From positions 32,001 to 96,000 of IMG/VR virus record IMGVR_UViG_3300024348_000005: 64,000 nucleotides of DNA; one strand, 5' to 3'. Positions 23,119-32,563 of this stretch are shown here, piece after piece (the stretch's first letter is position 1; every line of letters begins with the position of its first letter). Origin of the DNA: a virus. A model generated the notes under the pieces. That model was not told the DNA's origin, made no database searches, and saw only the letters and a program-made list of their open reading frames with translations. The translations under genes were made by a program, and so were the position numbers.

Positions 23119-25266
23119 ATGAGTTTTTTAAACAATAACAATTCAGAATTCTTATCCGCAAGGATAACCCAAAAGGGTAGAAATGCCATTGCTAAAGGTA
23201 GTTTCAATATAGAATATTTTCAAATTGGTGATTCTGAATTTGATTATAACACAGTGTTCTCAACACTAACAGGTCAAACGACACATCAAAAAGTAATGTC
23301 ACCTTTTGACAAAGAAAGTGGTATAAAGTATCCTATTAAATTAGACTCATCAACAAATACGACAACATATGGTGTACCTGTTTTAAATCCAAACAACGAA
23401 CCAACACCAATAAGAAATGACATGGGACCGGCTGGGTTTGTCACAAATTATAGTGGAGGAACCCCAAGTGTTGAATGTAAAACACAATCAATATCCTATA
23501 CAAAATTAAGTGGATCAACAGGTTTAGATGTATTAACTGGTAGTACCTTTCAAAATTGTGAATATATCACTTTAGTGTTTGATACATTTGGAACAAATAA
23601 TGTTATTACAGGTAAAACAAATAGTTTAGTTTACAAAGTTCTTAGTATTAGTGGTAACACATTAAACTTAGACAGAAACATAATTAACCTTTCAACATTA
23701 AGTGGTAACGTTCAAGTTGTCTGTAATAATTGTGAACAAGAATACCCAATTGAATTGGACATATATGATGTGAGTGGTTACATGTTAGAACCAATTAATC
23801 AAACACAACAATTAAATTCGTGGACAATGAATACCGTTTGGACACAAAAACCAATCGGTGCAGATTATAACGGTACAGATGAAACATTAGCGGGATATGA
23901 CGGTAATCAATATGTTTCAACAAAAGAATTATTAGGATATACCTCAACAGGACAAACGTTCGTTCCTTTTAATGGTTTATCAACAAGTGGAATTACAATT
24001 ACAGGGACAACATACAAAAATTCATTTGATGAATTAATAGAAGTGACACCATCAGAACAAAGATGTATAGCAATAATTCATTATTCTGAGTTGGGTGATT
24101 TAAGATACGATACAGAAAGATTTTATAAGTACGATGATTATATAAGTCACAAAACAGGAACCACAAGTTCTGATATATCAATTGTAGAAGATTATGATAG
24201 AGAAAATGATTTAAGAGATTTAAGTGATAGTGAATATTTTGAAATTTATATTCCTTTCATTTATTATCATAGAAATACGGGTACAACAATGGGTGCAAGA
24301 TTCTTTATGGATACCACAGACTATTATGTAAAATCAACAAAGAACGCCAAACATCAATTACTATTTAGATTTTTAGTTGACGAACAAAACAACAAAGTAG
24401 GTAAGGTATTTGTAAAAAATAAAATCGTTGTTTTTGATGACCAAGAATTAGTTGCAATATTAGATTACAGGTCTAACAGAAAATATACATTACCCGCACC
24501 AAAAATATCGACAGTTCCAAGTGATACTGTAACCGCAAACTCATTATTAACATCAACAGGACAAACCGCCTACGTTACTTATGTTTTTGCCAATACAAGT
24601 GGAACAACGATGAATGCTTTACCTTGTAATTATTATTCTAAAATTACAGGAACAACAACACCTTCACAGGTTACAATGAAATTTAGTGGAAACACTTCCT
24701 TTAATACTTTAAAAACTTCATTTTCAGGTGTTACTGACGGATTTGTTGCGGATAAATTTTATGCCTTAGTTCAAGTTTCAACAGGAACAACAACTAATAG
24801 TTCAGATTGGAAGGCAATTGATTTAACAACAAGTGCAATTAAAACAAATGGTTTTATAGATCCGTCGAAAATTACAGGAACAACATTCACATTATATTAT
24901 TCAGGTTACACGGCAGCATCTATCTTCGATTTGGAAGATCATATGTCGGGAGTTAGTTCTAATTATTTAGGAACCTCAGGAGCAACTGACTATAACGTAA
25001 CAACACCACAATTTGGTGACGAACAACCATTCCCCGGTAGTATTAGATTTGTAAGGGCGACGGATGTTGAACAACTTAACTTTTTAGTTAATCTACCCTC
25101 AAGTACATTTACCACATCACAAAACCCATCTTACACAAGTGGATATCCGGTGATTACAGAAATTGCTTTATTAGATTCCAATAAAGAACCTTTGGTTGTT
25201 GGAAAACCATCATATCCAGTTAAAAGAATTGGAGCTCAAGTATTTGCTATCAAATTAGACTTCTAA
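23119..25266 (+). CDS. Tail/baseplate structural protein (tail-fibre attachment-like termini)
   Basis: ARITQKGRNAIAKG..FQIGDSE N-terminus and ITEIALLDSNKEPLVVGK..IKLDF C-terminus resemble tail-collar/fibre anchor proteins. Confidence 0.55.
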   Translation: MSFLNNNNSEFLSARITQKGRNAIAKGSFNIEYFQIGDSEFDYNTVFSTLTGQTTHQKVMSPFDKESGIKYPIKLDSSTNTTTYGVPVLNPNNEPTPIRNDMGPAGFVTNYSGGTPSVECKTQSISYTKLSGSTGLDVLTGSTFQNCEYITLVFDTFGTNNVITGKTNSLVYKVLSISGNTLNLDRNIINLSTLSGNVQVVCNNCEQEYPIELDIYDVSGYMLEPINQTQQLNSWTMNTVWTQKPIGADYNGTDETLAGYDGNQYVSTKELLGYTSTGQTFVPFNGLSTSGITITGTTYKNSFDELIEVTPSEQRCIAIIHYSELGDLRYDTERFYKYDDYISHKTGTTSSDISIVEDYDRENDLRDLSDSEYFEIYIPFIYYHRNTGTTMGARFFMDTTDYYVKSTKNAKHQLLFRFLVDEQNNKVGKVFVKNKIVVFDDQELVAILDYRSNRKYTLPAPKISTVPSDTVTANSLLTSTGQTAYVTYVFANTSGTTMNALPCNYYSKITGTTTPSQVTMKFSGNTSFNTLKTSFSGVTDGFVADKFYALVQVSTGTTTNSSDWKAIDLTTSAIKTNGFIDPSKITGTTFTLYYSGYTAASIFDLEDHMSGVSSNYLGTSGATDYNVTTPQFGDEQPFPGSIRFVRATDVEQLNFLVNLPSSTFTTSQNPSYTSGYPVITEIALLDSNKEPLVVGKPSYPVKRIGAQVFAIKLDF

Positions 25267-25305
25267 GACTTTACATTACTAGAAATATTATTTATATATT
25301 ATTAT

Positions 25306-25923
25306 ATGAGTATAGATGTAAATTTTAAAAACAAACCAAAAATTCTAGGTCTTGACATTAGTACCAAGACAATAGGTTTTGCATTATTTGACATGAGTGG
25401 TTCTAAATTATTAGAGTTGACTCATTTCTCACCAAAAATTAAACCTCAACCTGAAGATAAGATTGAGGAGTTAATAAAAAAGGCAGACGCTTTCAAAAAA
25501 CATTTAGAGGGTTATAAAGATATGGGTATTGTTAAAGTGGTAATTGAAGAACCACTTTTACAATCAAACAACATTTACACCATTGGAACTTTACTAAGAT
25601 ATAACACATTAATTCTTAAAAATTGTTATGATGTATTGGGGGTCTTACCAACATTTATATCAACTTACAACTCAAGAAAATTCGCATTCCCCGATTTAGT
25701 GGGTCCAAATGACAAGGGACGTAATGTTTTATTTGGTGGTTATCCAAAAGACATAGATAAAAAACACGTAATATGGGAACATGTTAACAGTGTGTGTCCT
25801 GATATTGAATGGTTATATGGTAAAACCGGTAACCTTAGAAAAGAAAATTATGACATGGCAGATGCCGCGTGTTGTGTGATTGGATATGTTAATATGAATA
25901 AATTAGAAAAATCCGGCAACTAA
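25306..25923 (+). CDS. ruvC: RuvC-like Holliday junction resolvase
   Basis: ILGLDISTKTIGFA, VVIEEP and DMADA RNase H-fold acidic residues. Confidence 0.8.
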   Translation: MSIDVNFKNKPKILGLDISTKTIGFALFDMSGSKLLELTHFSPKIKPQPEDKIEELIKKADAFKKHLEGYKDMGIVKVVIEEPLLQSNNIYTIGTLLRYNTLILKNCYDVLGVLPTFISTYNSRKFAFPDLVGPNDKGRNVLFGGYPKDIDKKHVIWEHVNSVCPDIEWLYGKTGNLRKENYDMADAACCVIGYVNMNKLEKSGN

Positions 25924-25926
25924 CAT

Positions 25927-25955
25927 TTTACATTAACGATTAGTTAGTGTATACT
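25927..25955 (+). promoter_or_regulatory. Sigma70-like promoter TTTACA-N17-TATACT
   Basis: Near-consensus -35/-10 with 17 bp spacer directly upstream of a structured GC-rich segment. Confidence 0.6.
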
Positions 25956-25959
25956 TATA

Positions 25960-26036
25960 GTACAGGACGGGACTTGTAGAAATACAAGTTGAGTTGGTAC
26001 GGGAGTCGAGGTGGTGTTCGGCTCCCATTTTTTTTT
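25960..26036 (+). ncRNA. Putative small structured RNA
   Basis: GAAA-tetraloop hairpin (ACTTGTA/TACAAGT) followed by a 10-bp hairpin (26001-26026) and T9 terminator; GC-rich island in AT-rich intergenic DNA. Confidence 0.5.
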
Positions 26037-26065
26037 ATAACATTTTTTTCGTATTATTCATTAAT

Positions 26066-27007
26066 ATGGACACTCAAGAAATAGATTACACACCGGTTTT
26101 TGAAATTTTAGAAGATATTTTTGGGGATTATAAAAACCACAATGACTACCGATGTCAGGTTTCATTCGATTGTCCAGTATGTTCATACGACATTAAAAAT
26201 TTAGAAAGGGGAGACGGGAAGGGGAATTTAGAAGTCAATTACAGATACGGTGTTTATAAATGTTGGGTGTGCGCTGAGACACATGAGACACACGGTTCAA
26301 TATTCAAGTTAATAAAAAAATACGGAACACCAAAACAACTTAAGAAATACGAATTACTTAGACCGGACGATACCGAAGATTCAACAAAGAGAGTTTACAA
26401 ACAAGTAAGATTACCAAAAGAATTTATCCCATTTAAAGATGCTAGTATGGGGTTAAAATTAACTCCACAATATAAACAAGCACTTGCATATATAAAGAAA
26501 AGAAATATAACTGACCTAATGTTACAAATATATAACATTGGTTTTTGTTATAATGGATTATATGAAAACAGAATAATTATCCCTTCATATGATGAAGAAA
26601 AAAGATTAAATTATTTTGTTGCTCGCTCTTACCTATCTAAAACAAAATTAAAGTATAAAAACCCTGAAGCTCAAAAAGAAATTATCATATTCAATGAAAA
26701 CCTTATTAATTGGGATGAAACGATTTATATTGTTGAAGGGGCTTTCGATAGTATATTCATACCAAATGCAATACCTATGTTGGGTAAGTTTATGAGTGAC
26801 CATTTATTCAAAAAACTTTATGAAAATGCAAAGAAAATTGTAATAGTATTAGACCCCGATGCGTGGGATGATGCTGAACGATTATATCACAGGGTTAATT
26901 GTGGTAAATTAATGGGTAAAGTTTGGATTGTTAAATTAGAAGGTGACAAAGATATTGCCGATTTGAAGGGGGATTTAAGTGAATATAAAATAAAACAAAT
27001 AGATTAA
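26066..27007 (+). CDS. dnaG: DNA primase (Zn finger + TOPRIM)
   Basis: CPVC...CWVC zinc finger, RIIIP, IVEGAFD, LDPDA and KDIAD. Start set at ATG 26066 after the terminator. Confidence 0.85.
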   Translation: MDTQEIDYTPVFEILEDIFGDYKNHNDYRCQVSFDCPVCSYDIKNLERGDGKGNLEVNYRYGVYKCWVCAETHETHGSIFKLIKKYGTPKQLKKYELLRPDDTEDSTKRVYKQVRLPKEFIPFKDASMGLKLTPQYKQALAYIKKRNITDLMLQIYNIGFCYNGLYENRIIIPSYDEEKRLNYFVARSYLSKTKLKYKNPEAQKEIIIFNENLINWDETIYIVEGAFDSIFIPNAIPMLGKFMSDHLFKKLYENAKKIVIVLDPDAWDDAERLYHRVNCGKLMGKVWIVKLEGDKDIADLKGDLSEYKIKQID

Positions 27008-27008
27008 T

Positions 27009-27869
27009 ATGAATTTAAACGACATCTCATTAGAGATTAATGAGTTATTAGAAGAGAGAAGAAAACAATTAGAGTTAACCTTTATTGAAGACGAACACAT
27101 ATATTACATGAAAGATTTGGATGGACAAGTCAAAAGAAATTTTCCGTCTGTTTCTAAAATTATAAAAAAATTCCACAAACCATTTGATGCCGAGGGTATG
27201 GCATTAAAGATGTCCAAAGGTGATCCTGAAGGTCAATCACAATTACTTGCGGAGTGGAAACAAGCCGGTGATTTATCCACTAATATGGGTAGTAGGGTTC
27301 ACTTTGAATTGGAATCTGATACTATCAGTCGTTTTGGTAACTATAAAGAAGTAAGACAACCTATATTTGAAATTAACGAAGAACAACAACGTAAGAGTGA
27401 TAACATGATTATTGCAGGAAAACAATTCCTTGATTTAATGTTAGAACGAGGTGGTGTTTTATTGGATACAGAAATTGTATTAGGTGACCCTGAAGAACAA
27501 TATACAGGACAACCAGATAAAGTATGGTTGATGCAAAACAAAGAGAAGGACGGATTTGGTTTTGTTATTACAGATTGGAAAACAAATCAACCAAAAAACT
27601 TTGAGGTACATCATTATACAGGTAGATTATATCCACCATTTAACAACTATCACGATAACGCTTTAGGTCATTATTTTTTACAACTTCCACTATACGGTAG
27701 ATTATTACGTAAGATGTTAGAAGGTACAAAATATAGTGACACTAAATTATTAGGTAACGTTGTAGTTTTATTAAAAGACGATGCAACATTTGTGGAATAT
27801 AAAGTCCCAACACAAATTAATAACGCAATCCTTTCGATGGACCTATCAAATTATATTAAAAGATGGTAA
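27009..27869 (+). CDS. PD-(D/E)XK exonuclease
   Basis: PSVSKII, GSRVH, TE, GQPD, DWKT and QLPLY motifs. Confidence 0.75.
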   Translation: MNLNDISLEINELLEERRKQLELTFIEDEHIYYMKDLDGQVKRNFPSVSKIIKKFHKPFDAEGMALKMSKGDPEGQSQLLAEWKQAGDLSTNMGSRVHFELESDTISRFGNYKEVRQPIFEINEEQQRKSDNMIIAGKQFLDLMLERGGVLLDTEIVLGDPEEQYTGQPDKVWLMQNKEKDGFGFVITDWKTNQPKNFEVHHYTGRLYPPFNNYHDNALGHYFLQLPLYGRLLRKMLEGTKYSDTKLLGNVVVLLKDDATFVEYKVPTQINNAILSMDLSNYIKRW

Positions 27870-28687
27870 AAAAAATTATACATATTGCGGACTTACACAT
27901 TCGTACAATTCAAATGCACGATTTGTATAAAGAACAATTCGAAATATTATTAAATGAATTAAGTATAAAATTTTTAGAATGGGCGGATGAAAATATATCA
28001 CATAACGAAATTAGAATTGTTATTGCGGGTGATATCGCACATCAAAAAATTAATATCTCAAATGAACAATTATTATTAACGAGTTGGTTTTTAAAAGAGT
28101 TAACTCGTTTTGGTAAGGTTGTAATCATACCGGGTAATCACGATTTCTTGGAGAATAATACACAACGTATGGATAGTATAACACCAGTCGTTCAATTATT
28201 AGACAATCAACACATCACATACCTAAAAGATAGTGGTGATTATGTTGATACCGATGGTAGCGTTCAATGGGTTGTTTATTCATTATATCAACACAACGTA
28301 AGACCTGAATTTACAAAACAAGAAGGTTTATTAACGGTTGGACTGTTCCATGGACCGATTATGGGGTTATCGACAGACTTAGGTTTTGAGTTTGAAGATG
28401 CGTATGACCAATTAAACTTTGTTGATTTGGATTTATTGTTATGTGGTGACATTCATAAGAGACAACAATTCACATTACCTAGTGGTGGTAAAGCAATTAT
28501 GGTTGGTAGTCTTATTCAGCAAAACTTTGGTGAAACGGTTAAACATCATGGTTACGGAGTTTATGACGTAGAGACAGATGAATATACATTTCACGATTTA
28601 CCAAATGAACAATCGTTTCTTCATTTTACAATAAACGATATTAAAGACATAGAAAATGGAGAAGAAGTTCACGTTAACATTGGATAA
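27863..28687 (+). CDS. sbcD: SbcD/Mre11-like metallophosphoesterase (gp47-like)
   Basis: HIADLH, AGDIAH, PGNHD, FHG and GDIH motifs. Confidence 0.85.
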   Translation: MVKKIIHIADLHIRTIQMHDLYKEQFEILLNELSIKFLEWADENISHNEIRIVIAGDIAHQKINISNEQLLLTSWFLKELTRFGKVVIIPGNHDFLENNTQRMDSITPVVQLLDNQHITYLKDSGDYVDTDGSVQWVVYSLYQHNVRPEFTKQEGLLTVGLFHGPIMGLSTDLGFEFEDAYDQLNFVDLDLLLCGDIHKRQQFTLPSGGKAIMVGSLIQQNFGETVKHHGYGVYDVETDEYTFHDLPNEQSFLHFTINDIKDIENGEEVHVNIG

Positions 28688-29150
28688 TGAATTTTCACAG
28701 TATTGTCAGTTAAATAACATAGACAATATAGAAAAACTTGCTAGTGAAACATTTAATAGAGGATTTGCTATATTAAAATATGGTGAAACACCTAACTCTA
28801 ACGTTACAGAAAAAATCGTGGAGGTAATAAAAGAAGTTATTATTGAAAAAATAATAGAGGTTCCAGTTGAAGTTATAAGGGAAATAATAAAAGAGGTACC
28901 CGTTGAGGTTATTAAAGAAGTTAAGGTAAAGGGTAAGAACACAACTAAAGAGATAATCAAAGAAGTGCCGGTTACAACTATTGTTTCTGATGTTAAGAAA
29001 GAAACCGAACTTAAAACTCAGATTGATGATTTGAAAAAAAAGAACGAAGAATTACAATTAGAGTTGGATAAACTAAACAATGCTTTAGGTAAATTAAATA
29101 AGGGAACCTATATGAAAAATAGTAACCTATCAAATTTATATGATGAATAA
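28656..29150 (+). CDS. Hypothetical protein with (V/I)EVIKE/VPV repeats and coiled coil
   Basis: EKIVEVIKEVIIEKIIEVPVEVIREIIKEVPVEVIKEV. Confidence 0.55.
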   Translation: MEKKFTLTLDNEFSQYCQLNNIDNIEKLASETFNRGFAILKYGETPNSNVTEKIVEVIKEVIIEKIIEVPVEVIREIIKEVPVEVIKEVKVKGKNTTKEIIKEVPVTTIVSDVKKETELKTQIDDLKKKNEELQLELDKLNNALGKLNKGTYMKNSNLSNLYDE

Positions 29151-29197
29151 TTTCATTTTCAAAAATTTATTTGTTATATTATATAAAATATAAAAAC

Positions 29198-29509
29198 ATG
29201 GGAATATTATTATTATGGGCAATCACAGCCTACGGAATGACAAGTATACTCGTTTGGGGAGCAATTTTTGAAAACCAACGTATATGGATAAAAGCACGTT
29301 CAAAATTTTTTGGTGATTTAATTGGTTGTACTTTATGTACTAGTACATGGGTTGGATTTTTTATGTCACTAATTTTAGGTAGTATTACTAATAGATTTTT
29401 TGATACCTTTTGGTTTATCAATTTATTTTTTGATGGTATGTTTACCGCGGGATCAGTTTGGGCAATTAATGCCATAATCGAGTTTTTTGAAGAAAATAGA
29501 ATTAAATAA
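29198..29509 (+). CDS. Small membrane protein, DUF1360-like
   Basis: Three hydrophobic helices and LIGCTLCTSTWVG motif. Start at ATG 29198 after a promoter-like tract. Confidence 0.55.
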   Translation: MGILLLWAITAYGMTSILVWGAIFENQRIWIKARSKFFGDLIGCTLCTSTWVGFFMSLILGSITNRFFDTFWFINLFFDGMFTAGSVWAINAIIEFFEENRIK

Positions 29510-29510
29510 T

Positions 29511-30167
29511 ATGGCACAAAAAAGAAAATTTAGATACATTAGAATTAATGGTAAGGTAATCCAAGACCCATTTGATGATGAGGATATGAGACAACTTTTC
29601 ATATCATTTGCGGAAAAAGTATTAGGGATGAAATTCATTAGTGGAACCCAATTTGGTATTGATTTAGTAAGTGTTGATGACCCAACATATGGTGCTGAGG
29701 GTGAAAATGGTTCATTTCAGGGAGATAGATGGGTAGGTAATCAACAAGATATTTTTAATCTTGGGTTTTCAGGACTTAATATACAGAATTGGAAATGGTT
29801 TTATTGGGGAATGGGTGAATTTTCTGAAAGAAATTATGGTAAATATTTGATATCACATTTAGGTCATGAAAATAATATTTATTTTAGAGTCAATGCACAA
29901 TTTGACCAAATTTGTATGGTAGATGCAAGTGTAATTAAAGATTATAATAAAATCAAATTTGCTTTTAATAGGAAAGTTAGTAATAGTGATGAACCGGAAG
30001 ATTGGATTGTGATACCAAAAGAGTTTGTACGTACATTTAATAAACAACCTAATGGTGAATGGTTAGAAAATGGGCCATATTGTGGACCAACACAAAAAGA
30101 ATTAGCGGACATGGAAAGAGAATTTACCCAACAAAGAGTAAGAGAAGTTATGTTTGCAAATAATTAA
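29511..30167 (+). CDS. Hypothetical protein, possible PD-(D/E)XK-fold endonuclease
   Basis: FGIDLV...GAEGE acidic spacing; lies within the sbcD-sbcC interval. Confidence 0.4.
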   Translation: MAQKRKFRYIRINGKVIQDPFDDEDMRQLFISFAEKVLGMKFISGTQFGIDLVSVDDPTYGAEGENGSFQGDRWVGNQQDIFNLGFSGLNIQNWKWFYWGMGEFSERNYGKYLISHLGHENNIYFRVNAQFDQICMVDASVIKDYNKIKFAFNRKVSNSDEPEDWIVIPKEFVRTFNKQPNGEWLENGPYCGPTQKELADMEREFTQQRVREVMFANN

Positions 30168-30174
30168 ACAATTA

Positions 30175-32517
30175 ATGAGTTATAACAATCCATTTATAAA
30201 AGTAACTTGGCAGGATGTTCCCGAAAATTTTACCGCGGAGAAAATCAGGAGAGTCAAAACATATTTCGAACAAAAGTACAATAGTAAAAATGTAAAAATT
30301 GTTACTAAAACTTTAACCAACGTTCAAAATACAAGACTTGAATCTTTAGAGGTAACGGATAACATACTTGACAATCAGTATCAAAAGATTTTAATGAAAG
30401 ATTTCATTAAGGACAATGCTATTGATGTTAAATGGGAACTTGTTGAAAGATTAGATAATAGGGTAAATGGAGAAATTGACAAATTAAATCAAAACAAGGT
30501 ACGATATAATCGTTGGTTTGTTAAGAAAGTTGAGTTCTCCAATTTCTTATCTTTTGGTGAAAACAACATAATTGATTTTACCACATTAGATGGTATTACG
30601 GTTATCGAGTCAACACCAAAAAACTTTGGGGGAAAGTCAACATCATCTGTTGATCTTCTAATGTTTTTATTTTTCAACACAACTACTAAGACTAAAACAA
30701 ATGGTGAAATCTTTAATAGATTCACAGAGAACAACGAAGTAAGTGTTCGTGGGGAAATTACAATTGATGGTGATGATTACGTCATAGAACGTAAAACATT
30801 ACGTAAAATGAGTAAGTCCGGTGAGTATACCGTTACCAACAAACTTGAATTCTATAAACGTAAAGAAGATGGTACAATTGAAAATCTTTCTGGTGAACAA
30901 AGAAGAGAGACAGAGGCATTCATTGCGTCAGCAATTGGTACCGAAGAGGATTTCCTATCAACAATTTTAACCACCGGTAATAATCTTGAAGAGTTAATTG
31001 AATCTAAACCAACTGCAAGAGGACAAATCCTTACTAAATTTTTAGGGTTAGAAAGTCTTAAACAAAAAGAAGAATTTGCCAAGGAGATTTATAATGATTG
31101 GAGTAAGAAATTAGTATCCAACACATATAACATCACCCAATTAGAAACTGATAATACAAATTTCAATGAAAGTATTGTTAATTCTGAAAATGAAATTGTT
31201 AGGTTAGGTGAGTCGTTAGAAAAATTTAAAAAAGATTTAAAAAAATTAGAGGAAAGAAGAGACGATGCATTATCCTCAAGAAATAATGATGTTGATAGGG
31301 AGTTAATTAACACTAATCCAGTTTTACTTGAAAGAGAAATCAATGAACTTAAAAAATTAAAAGCGGCAAGTCAAACAAACGCAAATTTAATTTCAGTAAC
31401 GGAACCATCACAATATTACCATGAGGACCAACACAAAGAATTGAGAGGTGAGATGGCGAATCTTCAAGGAATTGATGTTGTATGTAAACACGAAAAAAGT
31501 GACAGAGAAAAACTAATAAAGAAATTTGAAGAAGGAACTGTTTGTCCAACTTGTAATAGAGCATTAGATGAGGTCGACCACACAGATGAAATCAATAAGA
31601 TTAAAAAAGAAATTGAAGACATTATCAAGTCAATTGAAGAAAATAAAATTGAATTTGATTTATTAAAAGTACAATCCGAATCGTTTGACACCTTAAAGAT
31701 AGAGTTTGAAACATATGAAAGAAACAAACTTCGTAAAGAAAGATATGAATTAGAAGTTGAACAAAAACAACTTGAGATTGACACAAAACAATTAAGATTA
31801 GATAACTACGAGAATAACAAAAAGAAATTAGAAGACAATCAAAAAATTGATTCCGAGGTTATTGCACTTAGAACTAAAATTGAAACGGCAAACGGAGACA
31901 TCAGACAAACAAATAGTAGTATCGAAAAACACACCAATAACATTTCTAATTTAAAAGATAAGATAGGAACTAATGAGGAGTTAATTAAAAAAATTAAATC
32001 TGAAGAAGAGTTATCCGTGGTATTCAAAATTTATTTAACCATTTACGGTAAGAACGGAATATCAAAAGTGATTATGAAAAATATGATTCCATTATTGAAT
32101 CACGAATTATATCGATTACTTACTGATAGTTGTCATTTCATATTAGAGTTAAACGTCAACGATAAAAATGAGGTTGAGTTCATCATGATAGATACGGAGA
32201 CTCGAGTGGTAAAACCCCTTAACGCCGGTTCAGGTTATGAAAGAACAATTTCATCATTGGCACTTCGTAGTGTATTAACTAAGATATCTTCATTACCAAA
32301 ACCGAACATTGTGGTTATGGACGAGGTGTTTGGAAAAATTGCCGACGAGAACCTCGAAATGGTAGGGGAATTCTTCAAGAAAATCAAAAATTATTTTGAA
32401 CATATTATAGTTATTTCTCATAACCCACTGATACGTAATTGGTCAGATAATTTGATTATGATTAAGAAGGAGGAAAATATCTCATCCATCGATTTTATTA
32501 CCACAAAAATTTCTTAG
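30175..32517 (+). CDS. sbcC: SbcC/Rad50-like ATPase (gp46-like) with N-terminal extension
   Basis: NFLSFG, Walker A NFGGKST, coiled coils, CPTC zinc hook, SGYE signature, MDEVFG and ISHN. Confidence 0.88.
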   Translation: MSYNNPFIKVTWQDVPENFTAEKIRRVKTYFEQKYNSKNVKIVTKTLTNVQNTRLESLEVTDNILDNQYQKILMKDFIKDNAIDVKWELVERLDNRVNGEIDKLNQNKVRYNRWFVKKVEFSNFLSFGENNIIDFTTLDGITVIESTPKNFGGKSTSSVDLLMFLFFNTTTKTKTNGEIFNRFTENNEVSVRGEITIDGDDYVIERKTLRKMSKSGEYTVTNKLEFYKRKEDGTIENLSGEQRRETEAFIASAIGTEEDFLSTILTTGNNLEELIESKPTARGQILTKFLGLESLKQKEEFAKEIYNDWSKKLVSNTYNITQLETDNTNFNESIVNSENEIVRLGESLEKFKKDLKKLEERRDDALSSRNNDVDRELINTNPVLLEREINELKKLKAASQTNANLISVTEPSQYYHEDQHKELRGEMANLQGIDVVCKHEKSDREKLIKKFEEGTVCPTCNRALDEVDHTDEINKIKKEIEDIIKSIEENKIEFDLLKVQSESFDTLKIEFETYERNKLRKERYELEVEQKQLEIDTKQLRLDNYENNKKKLEDNQKIDSEVIALRTKIETANGDIRQTNSSIEKHTNNISNLKDKIGTNEELIKKIKSEEELSVVFKIYLTIYGKNGISKVIMKNMIPLLNHELYRLLTDSCHFILELNVNDKNEVEFIMIDTETRVVKPLNAGSGYERTISSLALRSVLTKISSLPKPNIVVMDEVFGKIADENLEMVGEFFKKIKNYFEHIIVISHNPLIRNWSDNLIMIKKEENISSIDFITTKIS

Positions 32518-32563
32518 TTTCAAAATTATCAGATATATTTGTCTAACATAAATAAACTTACAT

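Noticed and set aside
25960-26030. Possible tRNA (GTTCGGCTCCCA resembles a T-loop plus CCA)
   Set aside because: No acceptor stem, D arm or 7-nt anticodon loop can be built; the segment pairs better as a terminator hairpin.
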